Source: an uncultured Bacilli bacterium (GTDB taxonomy: Bacteria > Bacillota_I > Bacilli_A > RF39 > UBA660). From it: 52,150 bases of DNA. Numbering within the stretch: the stretch's first letter is position 1; each line of letters begins with the position of its first letter. The notes under the pieces were generated by a model. It worked only from the letters and a program-made list of their open reading frames with translations, searched no databases and was not told the origin of the DNA. The stretch lies in the NCBI GenBank assembly GCA_947631045.1, contig CANRJV010000003.1, forward strand, positions 1-52,150, given 5' to 3'. Shown here one piece after another: positions 31,466-40,743 of the stretch. The translations under genes were made by a program, and so were the position numbers.

Positions 31466-31633
31466 ATGAAAGTAAAAGTAATTGATGAAGAATGTGAAAG
31501 AGATTTAGAAACGAGTATCAATGATTTTTTAGCCAAAGATATTGATGTAATTGATATAAAGTATCAAGTTGCTATTGGTGTAAGTGGCGAAGAGCAATTA
31601 TATTGTTTTAGTGCAATGATTATTTATCATTAA
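31466..31633 (+). CDS. cse60: Sporulation protein Cse60 (DUF2758), 55 aa, absent from the ORF track
   Basis: MKVKVIDEECERDLETSINDFLAKDIDVIDIKYQVAIGVSGEEQLYCFSAMIIYH; GGTGA RBS. Confidence 0.85.
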   Translation: MKVKVIDEECERDLETSINDFLAKDIDVIDIKYQVAIGVSGEEQLYCFSAMIIYH

Positions 31634-32565
31634 TTATTAACTAAATTAAAAGAAGTTATAAAAATATTATCTTTTAAAGTAGAATATTCCATAACTAATT
31701 TATTTTTCTTTTTAACCATAATAAGACCAATGGTAGGGTTATGATTAGATTGTTTTAACTTACGATCAATGAGGTTAGTATAAAATTCAACTTGACCAAT
31801 ATCTTGTGGTTTAAGTAAAGCATTTTTAACTTCTACCACTATGAAAGAATTAAGTAAATAATTAAAGAAAAGCATGTCTATTTTATATGTAGAATCATTA
31901 TCAATAATTTTATATTCATGTCCAATAAGGGCGAAACCCGTCCCTAATTCTAAAAATTTTTGCTCTAACATTTCGATTAATAATTTATGGATGACCTTTT
32001 CATTTAAATTATTTATATCTTTATTTGTCTTAATAATAATCGGGTCTTTAATCATATCTGATAATGTTAAATTATATTTATCCTCTTTATTAGTTATTAA
32101 TTTAATATTTTCTTTATCAGCATAAGATAATCTTTCAAAAGCATTACTTTTAATTTCATTAATTAATTCTCGACTAGAAAGATTGTTTAAAATAATTTGA
32201 TTAATGTAATAATTCCTTTCGCTTTCATTTTTGATAGGTAATAATTGCAATATGTGTGTCCATGTTAATTGGGCAATCACTGATTGCCCAATTGGAAAAG
32301 TAGTATAAAATTGTCTCATATACTTCATATTTCTTATACTATAACCATTACCATATTCTTTAGAAAATATTTCTGACCATTTTTTAATTAAGTTATCACC
32401 ATACTTAGCTCTTTTTTCTCCTCCTTGGGCTTCCATAAGTAATTTACCAATATTCCACTTAGCCATTAAATCATCATAGTTATTTTTATATTCTCTGACT
32501 CTTTTATTTACTTCTGTATTTTCAATAATACTTTTTATTTCATTAAAATAATCTTGTTCATGCAT
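31630..32565 (-). CDS. YhcG/DUF1016 PD-(D/E)XK nuclease family protein, copy 1
   Basis: WNIGK, AKYG, NMKYMRQFY, LTWTH, IKDP, LELG.GF, IDMLFF, VVEVK, GQ..FY. Confidence 0.9.
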   Translation of the reverse strand: MHEQDYFNEIKSIIENTEVNKRVREYKNNYDDLMAKWNIGKLLMEAQGGEKRAKYGDNLIKKWSEIFSKEYGNGYSIRNMKYMRQFYTTFPIGQSVIAQLTWTHILQLLPIKNESERNYYINQIILNNLSSRELINEIKSNAFERLSYADKENIKLITNKEDKYNLTLSDMIKDPIIIKTNKDINNLNEKVIHKLLIEMLEQKFLELGTGFALIGHEYKIIDNDSTYKIDMLFFNYLLNSFIVVEVKNALLKPQDIGQVEFYTNLIDRKLKQSNHNPTIGLIMVKKKNKLVMEYSTLKDNIFITSFNLVNN

Positions 32566-33681
32566 AGTAATTCCTCCAATTGAGGATGTATTATAGCAAA
32601 CATGTTATGTTTATTTTGTCATTTTTTGTCGAAGATATTAAAAAAGAAAAAATATTTCACTATTTATATTTTTTCTTTGATATTATTTAATAATTTAAAT
32701 GAAGTTATATAAATACCTTTATCATTTATATATTTCATAACATATTTATCTTTTTCTTTAACTATTAATATTCCTTCAGTCTTAGAATGATGTTCTTTTT
32801 TTATATTTTTATCTATATAATCCATATAAAATCTTACTTGACCTATTTGCGATGGTTTAAATTCTTCGTTTTTAACCTCTACAACTACATACGCATTAAT
32901 TTCTAAATTAAAGAATAATAAATCAGTGTGATAAGTTTTATTATTTATTTTTAATGGATATTCATGACCTATTAAAGCAAAACCATTACCTAATTCTAAG
33001 AACCCATCTTCAATCATTTCAATTAATAATTTATGAATAGCCTTCTCATTTAAGTTATTAATATCTTTATCTGTTTTAATAATAATGGGATCTTTAATCA
33101 TATCAGATAATGTTAAACTATAATTTTTTTCTTCATTAGTTATTAATTTAATATTTTCTTTATCAGCATAGGAAAGCCTATCAAAAGCTTTACTTTTAAT
33201 TTCATTAATTAATTCTCTTTTAGACAAATTATTTAAAATAACTTGATTAATATAATAATTCCTTTCATTTTCATTTTTAATTGGTAATAACTTAATAATA
33301 TGAGACCATGTTAATTGGGCAACCACTGGTTGCCCAATTCGAAATGAAGTATAAAATTGTCTCATATACTTCATATTTCTTATACTATAACCATTACCAT
33401 ACTCTTTAGAAAATATTTCTGACCATTTTTTAATTAATCCATCACCATATTTAGCTCTTTTTTCGCCACCTTGAGCCTCAACTAATAATTTTCCAATATT
33501 CCATTTAGCCATTAAATCATCATAATTATTTTTGTACTCTCTGACTTTTTTATTTACCTCACTGTTTTCAATAATGTTTTTTATTTCATTAAAATAATCT
33601 TGTTCATGCATAGTAATTCCTCCAATTGAAGATGTATTATATCAAACATGTTATGTTTATTTTGTCAGTTTTTGTCGAAGA
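31920..33681. repeat. Tandem duplication of yhcG including its promoter (offset about 1046 bp)
   Basis: Leaders 32562-32635 and 33608-33681 nearly identical; high similarity continues to about the GHEY codons. Confidence 0.85.
32664..33611 (-). CDS. YhcG/DUF1016 PD-(D/E)XK nuclease family protein, copy 2
   Basis: Same motifs; near-identical N-terminal two-thirds to copy 1. Confidence 0.9.
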   Translation of the reverse strand: MHEQDYFNEIKNIIENSEVNKKVREYKNNYDDLMAKWNIGKLLVEAQGGEKRAKYGDGLIKKWSEIFSKEYGNGYSIRNMKYMRQFYTSFRIGQPVVAQLTWSHIIKLLPIKNENERNYYINQVILNNLSKRELINEIKSKAFDRLSYADKENIKLITNEEKNYSLTLSDMIKDPIIIKTDKDINNLNEKAIHKLLIEMIEDGFLELGNGFALIGHEYPLKINNKTYHTDLLFFNLEINAYVVVEVKNEEFKPSQIGQVRFYMDYIDKNIKKEHHSKTEGILIVKEKDKYVMKYINDKGIYITSFKLLNNIKEKI

Positions 33682-33688
33682 AGAAAAA

Positions 33689-33710
33689 AATTCGCAAATT
33701 TTGCGAATTT
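33689..33710. terminator. Intrinsic terminator for the minus-strand virB6 operon
   Basis: aattcgcaa-att-ttgcgaatt preceded by an A run on +. Confidence 0.7.
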
Positions 33711-33933
33711 AATCATCATTGGAATTATCTTTAAAATATCTATATCCATAAATTATGGTAAGAGCTATACTAATTAGTAAAAATACTAAACTGAAAGTCA
33801 TTTCTAATTTTAAAATAAGAATTATGAGAAATAATAAAGAGAATAATATGCTTTGAATAAAATATACTTTGTTATTATTTTTTGTTGGTTTTTGTTTTGC
33901 TTTTTGAACTGTTTCTTTTTGATTTTTTTTCAT
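33709..33933 (-). CDS. Small two-TM membrane protein
   Basis: Basic N-terminus plus two hydrophobic helices; overlaps the upstream gene. Confidence 0.55.
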   Translation of the reverse strand: MKKNQKETVQKAKQKPTKNNNKVYFIQSILFSLLFLIILILKLEMTFSLVFLLISIALTIIYGYRYFKDNSNDD

Positions 33934-34252
33934 TTTGTTTACTCCTTAGAATAATTCCATATAAGCCATAGATAGAATAAATTAAAATTACTAATAATAC
34001 AAATGCTAATGGGAATTTTAAATATAAAGACCATTTAATATATATAATGAATGTAGATACTAAAGATATAATTAAAGCATTAATTAAGCTACAAATTATT
34101 TTTGATCTTTTTCGATCTTTCTCATTATCTTTTAATTTGAATCTGGCAATTAAGTAATCATATTCATTGATCATGAGTATTTTAAATTTTTTAAGTAAGA
34201 AGTAATCTAATATAAATATAATTACATAGATAATTAAAAATACTGTTATCAT
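33875..34252 (-). CDS. Small three-TM membrane protein
   Basis: Hydrophobic segments; GAGGT RBS right after the virB6-like stop. Confidence 0.65.
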   Translation of the reverse strand: MITVFLIIYVIIFILDYFLLKKFKILMINEYDYLIARFKLKDNEKDRKRSKIICSLINALIISLVSTFIIYIKWSLYLKFPLAFVLLVILIYSIYGLYGIILRSKQNEKKSKRNSSKSKTKTNKK

Positions 34253-34262
34253 CGATTACCTC

Positions 34263-36860
34263 TTAACTATTTTTGTTTCCTGGTTTTTTAGCATTTTTTC
34301 TTTGTAGTTCGTTATATTGTCTATTGATGTTTGCTTCAGTAACATCAGCAGCTTTCTTTAAATATTTAACAAAGTCTGCAGCAGTGTCCATTGTTGCTTT
34401 AGTTTCTTTGACACCTTTAAATATACCTTCGACACCGTCGTGGAATGATTTAACCACAGCAGAAGTACTTAAGTCTTCTAATTGTTTGTTTAACATGCTA
34501 ATATTTTCACTCAGAATACGAGCTTCTTGTTCTGCTCCTTTATGTGATTGAGAAGATGTAACGAAAGCATCAGCTAAATCTTTTCTGGCTTTCTTAAATG
34601 CTCCGTCTGCATCAGCAAGTTCTAACGCAGATGCTCCTTTTTTCTTTAATTCTTCAATTCTAGCTTCCATAACATCTAAACGATATCTACTTTCAAAATC
34701 TCTAAAGTCTTGCTTAATTTCTGCTGCCTGAGCATCTAATTTTTCTCTTAGTTCTTTAGCTTTATCTCTTTCTTGTTGTGATAAAGATGTATCGTTTTCT
34801 CTTTTTATGGCCTCTTGCCATTTAGCGTAGTTATTTTCAATTTCTTCAGTTATTTCTAATTTTTTACCACTAGCATCTCTTACAGCATATCCATTTTCAT
34901 CTACAAGCATTGTTCCAACTCCACCTCTAAATTCGTATTTATGCTTGTCAACGTAATCCTCACTTGTTGCTTTGATAGATTTAATAGTTTTAGTTAATTC
35001 ATCAACAGCTTCTTTTTGTTCTTTTAAAGCTTGATAATCTGGTTCAAAACCAATATAACCTAAGAATAAATCGAAAGCATCTTTGCCAAGAGCTTCAGCT
35101 ACATCTGGAATATTATTTCCGTGATCGGCAATATACTTACTAATATCTTTGCTATGTTTTTCAGATTTAGCAACCGAAGCATTTACTCCACTCATCATAT
35201 CTTTCCAGTTTTTAGCTTTATAGCCACTAACAGCAGAACCAATTTGACTTGATATTACACCTGGAATTGATTTGGCTGCACCAATAAATGGACTTGCTGC
35301 TAGTCGCAAATTAGGGTGACTAATAGGCTTACCTTCAGCATCAGTAGTTTTTCTATGCCATTTGCCTTGTTCATCTTGTTCAAAGTTATTTTTAACTTCG
35401 CCGCCAACACCTCTAGCAAATCTTTTGGCTCCGCCAAGAACAAATCCAGCTCCAGCAAAGAAACCGCCTTCGGCTAATTTTTCTCTTAAATTTAATTTAA
35501 TATTTCCTGAGTCTAAACCTGTTAAATCTTTAATAATTTTTGGAATTTGCTTAGCAAAGATAACAATACCTAAAATAGTTATTGTCGATAAGATTGGATG
35601 AGATATTCGAGAAAGTTCATCAAAATTAATTCTTCCAACTAGTAAGACTATGGCGCATACAATACCTACTCTTATAAATACCTCGAGCCAGATACTGATA
35701 ACTTTTTTAAACCAAGTTTTCATTAAATCCTTTTTGCTAGGAATAACACTTATCATAAAACATATTGGTGCCAGCATTTGATAGAAAACTAATTTAGCCT
35801 GTCTTACGACAACATCAATACAGAATCCAATTATTAATGTTACTAATATTCCGATAACAATAGTAGAAATAATAGGAGTATAATGGAAGTTTCCTTGAAC
35901 TATTTCATCAGCAAATAACGAAATTTGAGAGAAGTTTCCGTATAATGTAATTGCTTGCAAAGCATTTGTCCACGTGTATTCTTTGGCTGTAATGCTTGCA
36001 ATACCCCCGACTAGGTTCAATGCCCCAATTTGACCTACTCCACACATCAATATGGAAGCACCAACTCCCCAAGGTGTTGCAAAAATGGTTATTAATGATG
36101 AAATAATACATCCTGTAAATCCAGCCCAAAATTTAGCTTTTCCATCCCACCATTCAGAAACATCAGTTGTCCACTCTTCTTTATCGTTACATTCACTATC
36201 TGGTGTTCCTTCCTCGCAATTCCATTCTTCATAATATTTACCATCATGAACTTCAGCCATTTCCCCATCATAAGTATCAGCATCTCTTTTTAAAGGATAC
36301 ATTAATCCGCTGATAACTGTAGCAACCATTTGGTTAGATCTTAAATTCAAAATTTCGGAAGTTAAATCGATATCGGTCTCATCGATAGGAACTGGCTCTC
36401 CCTCGTTTTCGCCCTCTTCATTAACGTATTGAATATCTACCTGTTCGGCCTCTAGAATAAATTTCGGAACAACATTGTATTCCAGTAAAGCGTTTTGAAC
36501 ATCAATTAAAAAATAAAAAATAGTTGGTAAAAATATGGTTGCAATCATAGCAACGATGAATCTAATTCCCATTTCTCTAAGCTGTTTATTACTTTGACTG
36601 GCATCGGAATCGACCATAGCTTTAAGAAGCATATAAGATATTAGGAATAAGGCAACAACGCCCATAATAATATACATGTTTTCATAAATATTTTCAAAAG
36701 CATCAGCTCTAAATAATTGGTTTTGAGCAAGTCTTATAAAAGTTCTATAAAATAAATTGAAAGCCCAATAGCCAATTGAATCAATCCACAAAAGAAATGA
36801 AACGATGGGTCTTTCAAGGAAATCTCCGGCATTAAGTATACTTATAAAGTCTAACAACAT
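34263..36860 (-). CDS. VirB6/TrbL-like polytopic T4SS channel protein with long C-terminal coiled coil
   Basis: IDVVVRQAKLVFYQMLAPICFM....P, W.K..IS....VFIR, FAKQIPKII..L.G; AGGAGG RBS. Confidence 0.75.
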   Translation of the reverse strand: MLLDFISILNAGDFLERPIVSFLLWIDSIGYWAFNLFYRTFIRLAQNQLFRADAFENIYENMYIIMGVVALFLISYMLLKAMVDSDASQSNKQLREMGIRFIVAMIATIFLPTIFYFLIDVQNALLEYNVVPKFILEAEQVDIQYVNEEGENEGEPVPIDETDIDLTSEILNLRSNQMVATVISGLMYPLKRDADTYDGEMAEVHDGKYYEEWNCEEGTPDSECNDKEEWTTDVSEWWDGKAKFWAGFTGCIISSLITIFATPWGVGASILMCGVGQIGALNLVGGIASITAKEYTWTNALQAITLYGNFSQISLFADEIVQGNFHYTPIISTIVIGILVTLIIGFCIDVVVRQAKLVFYQMLAPICFMISVIPSKKDLMKTWFKKVISIWLEVFIRVGIVCAIVLLVGRINFDELSRISHPILSTITILGIVIFAKQIPKIIKDLTGLDSGNIKLNLREKLAEGGFFAGAGFVLGGAKRFARGVGGEVKNNFEQDEQGKWHRKTTDAEGKPISHPNLRLAASPFIGAAKSIPGVISSQIGSAVSGYKAKNWKDMMSGVNASVAKSEKHSKDISKYIADHGNNIPDVAEALGKDAFDLFLGYIGFEPDYQALKEQKEAVDELTKTIKSIKATSEDYVDKHKYEFRGGVGTMLVDENGYAVRDASGKKLEITEEIENNYAKWQEAIKRENDTSLSQQERDKAKELREKLDAQAAEIKQDFRDFESRYRLDVMEARIEELKKKGASALELADADGAFKKARKDLADAFVTSSQSHKGAEQEARILSENISMLNKQLEDLSTSAVVKSFHDGVEGIFKGVKETKATMDTAADFVKYLKKAADVTEANINRQYNELQRKNAKKPGNKNS

Positions 36861-37048
36861 CTTTTACCTCCTAAAATTTATATTTAGTTCTAATTTATTA
36901 TATATTTTAAGGATAAACCTCAAAAAAAGTATAACATAATTTTAAAGAAAATAATACTAGTTTTTATTTAAATCGTACTTTAATTTAATAATAAGTATTT
37001 TATTTTGATTAAATGATATGTTATAATTTTTTATAGGTAGGATTTATT

Positions 37049-38188
37049 ATGAATAAAAAAGGTTTAATTTGTTTTTTAAAATATTTTTTATTAACACTTT
37101 TTTTAAGTATTTTAACTGAAGAAAAAGTTTTAGCTGCTGATTATGAAGTGTCTTTATCTAAAGGGCATAACTATGTTTCGGTTTCCAGTTGCCCAAATTC
37201 TGAAAATAAAAAGCTTGTTTCTGGTGATGGTACAACATACTATGGATGTGTGTATCGAACATTAGGTGGCAGCGGTAGTACTTCGGGAGCTAAATGTTTA
37301 TCTGGGTATGAAGCGGTTCCTCATACTTCAAGTGATAGTAATTATACAATTTATTTATGTAGAAAGCCGAAATATGAGTATGTTGCTAAATTTGATACTA
37401 ATAAAGAATATACGAATGTTGTAAGTAATGGTTGCCCTGAGGGTCCGGGATTAGTGGGCAGAAAATTAGTTTCTTTTACTAATTATTCAAGGCAAAGATA
37501 TGCTTGCGTATATGCTAGAAATATAAATTCCAATACTCAAACTCCTTCAATTACTTGTCCAAATGGTGAAAGTGCAGTTGCTTTAGAAGCTAAAAAGGAA
37601 GGGCAATCAAGTTACAATTATACAGTTTATGCTTGTCAAAAAGCATCTTCCGGAGATGGTAGCGGAGGGTCCGGCAGTGGGGCCGGCAGCGGATCTGGCA
37701 ATGGTGGATCTGGAGCAGGATCTCAAGGAAGTGATACTGGAAGTGATAAAGAACAAGGCGGAGGTACAATAGTTCCAAACGTTGATCCTGATTGGCATTA
37801 TACACCATCAACTCCAAGCCAAAATTATGATAGCGCTTGTTCCATTGAAGGAACTAGAAAAGCTGTTCTTTTAATTGGTAAAGCGATAACTTTAGCTACT
37901 TATATTATTCCTCTTATAATTATTGTCTTAGGAATGATTGATTTTGGTAAAGCTGTTACATCTAATGATGAAAAAGCCCAATCAAAGGCAACTGGCACTT
38001 TGATTAGAAGAATAGTAGCGGGCATTGTAGTATTTTTAATACCAACTTTATTAAAAGCTTTAATAAATGTTATAAATGTTAATTCTTTAATATATGATAA
38101 AGATAATTATGATGAATGTTTAAATTGCATAATGTATCCATTTAATGATTGCGCACCAAGTCAAAGTGAGTCAAATAGTGATGATTAA
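37049..38188 (+). CDS. Signal peptide + two 4-Cys domains + Gly/Ser linker + C-terminal VirB2/TrbC-like pilin
   Basis: VLA-A signal; IIPLIIIVLGMIDFGKAVTSNDEK..SKA...LIRRIVAGIVVFLIP.LL helix-loop-helix. Confidence 0.7.
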   Translation: MNKKGLICFLKYFLLTLFLSILTEEKVLAADYEVSLSKGHNYVSVSSCPNSENKKLVSGDGTTYYGCVYRTLGGSGSTSGAKCLSGYEAVPHTSSDSNYTIYLCRKPKYEYVAKFDTNKEYTNVVSNGCPEGPGLVGRKLVSFTNYSRQRYACVYARNINSNTQTPSITCPNGESAVALEAKKEGQSSYNYTVYACQKASSGDGSGGSGSGAGSGSGNGGSGAGSQGSDTGSDKEQGGGTIVPNVDPDWHYTPSTPSQNYDSACSIEGTRKAVLLIGKAITLATYIIPLIIIVLGMIDFGKAVTSNDEKAQSKATGTLIRRIVAGIVVFLIPTLLKALINVINVNSLIYDKDNYDECLNCIMYPFNDCAPSQSESNSDD

Positions 38189-38190
38189 AT

Positions 38191-38214
38191 AAAATAGCCA
38201 TTGTGCTATTTTTT
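38191..38214 (+). terminator. Intrinsic terminator
   Basis: aaaatagc-cattgt-gctatttttt. Confidence 0.6.
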
Positions 38215-38276
38215 AATGGACTAAATAAATAGTTTTTGATAAAATGAAGATATAATAGATATGAAGGTGCTAATCT

Positions 38277-39512
38277 ATGAAAACAAAGACATATTTTAAA
38301 GTATTAATTCTATTTTTTATAATAACATTTTTAGCAGGTTGTGCTGCTAAATGGAGTGATATTAAAAGTAAGTATGGTGACTTATTAAAAAGCGGAATTA
38401 ATTGTACATATACTGCTAATTCTAATATGTTAGATGATTTAAAAACAGTGAATATTAAAGCAAATAATAATGGAATTACTGTAAAATTAAATAGTTCTAC
38501 TCATACAATAATAAGTCCAGATGTTAAATTTAATGGAACCATAAATTATAATGGTAGAAATATAAGTATTTCTAGTAGTGCTGCTCAAAGTTTTTTTGAT
38601 AAGTATGAATCTACTGGTAAGTGTCCAAATTATATTTATCTTAATACTGATGCTCAAGCTGGTTCAAGTGAATTTAGAACTGAGGATTGTACGAGAATGA
38701 GTTATTGTAGTTCATATATAAATTCATCTAGTGGTGGTACTAGTTCTAGTGGTAGTTCTAATAAATGTGAAACTAATTCTAAATGTTCTAAAGAGTGTGC
38801 CATAAATTGTAAATCTTTAGAAAAAGATAAGGATAATAGTTCTGGTAAAACCGGAATAGAATTAGGTTATTATAAAGACGGAACAAAAACTAAAAAATAT
38901 TTTTTAATCAAGAAAGCCGATAGTTCGGTTAGTAGTGGTGTAAGTATAAAAACCATTACCGAGGATGATGGCAACTGGCCAGTTATTGTTGATGATTTAG
39001 TTAGATATGAAATATTAGGAGAATCAATTAATAAAATATGGCTTGATGATAATAAAATAGGAGAAATTAAATTAACCACTAATCCTTCGATTAATGATTC
39101 CACATATTATATAGGAGATATTAATAATGATTCTATGCCAGGAACTGATATTACTGATAAGCTTAGTACAGTTAAAACTTTAATTACTATTCCATTTCCT
39201 GGAGCGGATGATTGTCAAAGTTTACTTGGAAGTCCCAATGATACGGGATCTCCGGCTTATTATTTAGTTTTTGCTTTTAAAGTAGTTAGATATGTAGCTA
39301 TAATTTTATTAATTGCATTATCAGTAATAGAATTTGTGACAGCAACAGCTAGTAGTGATCAAGAATCGATAACTAAAGCCACAAAAAAGACTATAAGAAG
39401 ATTCGTTTTATGTATAGTAATATTTGCTTTACCAACGTTATTAAATTTTGGTTTAAATTTCTTATACGATCGAAAAATGGAAGTCTGCGGAATTACACAA
39501 ACTGAAAAATAA
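38277..39512 (+). CDS. Lipoprotein-type signal (LAGC) + Cys-rich ectodomain + C-terminal VirB2-like pilin
   Basis: FLAG-C lipobox; VRYVAIILLI.LSVIEFVTATASSDQE.ITKA.KK.IRRFV...VIF.LP.LL. Confidence 0.7.
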   Translation: MKTKTYFKVLILFFIITFLAGCAAKWSDIKSKYGDLLKSGINCTYTANSNMLDDLKTVNIKANNNGITVKLNSSTHTIISPDVKFNGTINYNGRNISISSSAAQSFFDKYESTGKCPNYIYLNTDAQAGSSEFRTEDCTRMSYCSSYINSSSGGTSSSGSSNKCETNSKCSKECAINCKSLEKDKDNSSGKTGIELGYYKDGTKTKKYFLIKKADSSVSSGVSIKTITEDDGNWPVIVDDLVRYEILGESINKIWLDDNKIGEIKLTTNPSINDSTYYIGDINNDSMPGTDITDKLSTVKTLITIPFPGADDCQSLLGSPNDTGSPAYYLVFAFKVVRYVAIILLIALSVIEFVTATASSDQESITKATKKTIRRFVLCIVIFALPTLLNFGLNFLYDRKMEVCGITQTEK

Positions 39513-40698
39513 TGCTATTTATTCATCACTTTTAAACTTTCATTCATTTACACCCAATGAATATTTTGCTATAATATTTTTGTTAATTATTTTTAAACAA
39601 AAATTGAAACGTGGTGAAAAAATGAAAAATTTAAAATATCTAATATTATTAGTGATTTCCTTTTTTTTCAATGTTACAATTTTTAATGCTTATACTTGTA
39701 CTTATTCGTCTAATCAAGTAGTAGCAGATTCAACCAGTGGAACAGGTGAAAGATATTATGGATGCGGCCAATTCAAACTTACAATAGATAAAAACGGTAG
39801 CATTTCTTCAACTGTTATTTATAGTAATAGTGGTATAAAGACTGGAACGTTTGTAGTTACACAAGATTGGAAAGATTTTATAAATGGTGATTTTCATCAA
39901 GAATGTCCATCAGTTTATTCTGGTAAAGATGAAAGATATTCGTCATGTAATATATATATTGGATCCGGAAATTTGACTGACCCGAGTGACAGCAATGTTA
40001 AATATGTTTTTGATTATGGAAAAAATTCTCTTGATCCGGAAGATGAAGAGGAGGAAAAGCCGAATGTTGGTACTGATACTTATAATATAGGTGGTACTCA
40101 AGGTCATAAATATTATAATGCCTTAAGCTGTGCTAATGGTTATAGTTTAAAAAATATTTATATAAGTGCAGCTGATACAAGCGCAATTGGTTGTGTTGCC
40201 GATAAATTAACAGGAGATTATAATAATATAACTTGTCAGGCTGGTTCATCTATTGGTTATTATGGTATTAAAACTGGTGATACATCTAAACAATATCATA
40301 TTGTTGTTTGTGAAAATATAAATACTAATAAAGAAGAATTAGATGAGCAATTTCAAGGTTCAGGAAATATAACTCATGTTCAAACTATTCCATTTCCTGA
40401 TATTACTGATTGTCAAACTTTACTTGGAAGTCCCAATGATACAGGATCTCCGGCTTATTATTTAGTTTTTGCTTTTAAAGTAGTTAGATATGTAGCTATA
40501 ATTTTATTAATTGTGTTATCAGTAATAGAATTTGTGACAGCAACAGCTAGTAGTGATCAAGAATCGATAACTAAAGCCACAAAAAAGACTATAAGAAGAT
40601 TCGTTTTATGTATAGTAATATTTGCTTTACCAACGTTATTAAATTTTGGATTAAATTTCTTATACGATCGAAAAATGGAAGTCTGTGGAATTACGCAA
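39186..40698 (+). repeat. 315-bp near-identical direct repeat (39186-39500 and 40384-40698) encoding the pilin module
   Basis: Both copies run actattccatttcctg...ggaattac.caa with only scattered mismatches, mostly at the 5' edge. Confidence 0.92.
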
Positions 40699-40743
40699 TC
40701 AGGAATTAATACTAGTGAAAATGAAGGTGCTGGAAGCCAATAG
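39622..40743 (+). CDS. Signal peptide + Cys-rich ectodomains + C-terminal VirB2-like pilin
   Basis: ATG 39622 after GGTGA; FNA-Y signal; pilin module almost identical to that of the upstream gene. Confidence 0.7.
   Translation: MKNLKYLILLVISFFFNVTIFNAYTCTYSSNQVVADSTSGTGERYYGCGQFKLTIDKNGSISSTVIYSNSGIKTGTFVVTQDWKDFINGDFHQECPSVYSGKDERYSSCNIYIGSGNLTDPSDSNVKYVFDYGKNSLDPEDEEEEKPNVGTDTYNIGGTQGHKYYNALSCANGYSLKNIYISAADTSAIGCVADKLTGDYNNITCQAGSSIGYYGIKTGDTSKQYHIVVCENINTNKEELDEQFQGSGNITHVQTIPFPDITDCQTLLGSPNDTGSPAYYLVFAFKVVRYVAIILLIVLSVIEFVTATASSDQESITKATKKTIRRFVLCIVIFALPTLLNFGLNFLYDRKMEVCGITQSGINTSENEGAGSQ

Noticed and set aside
37648-37745. GC-rich repetitive stretch as a DNA repeat element
   Set aside because: Explained by an in-frame Gly/Ser linker with varied codons.
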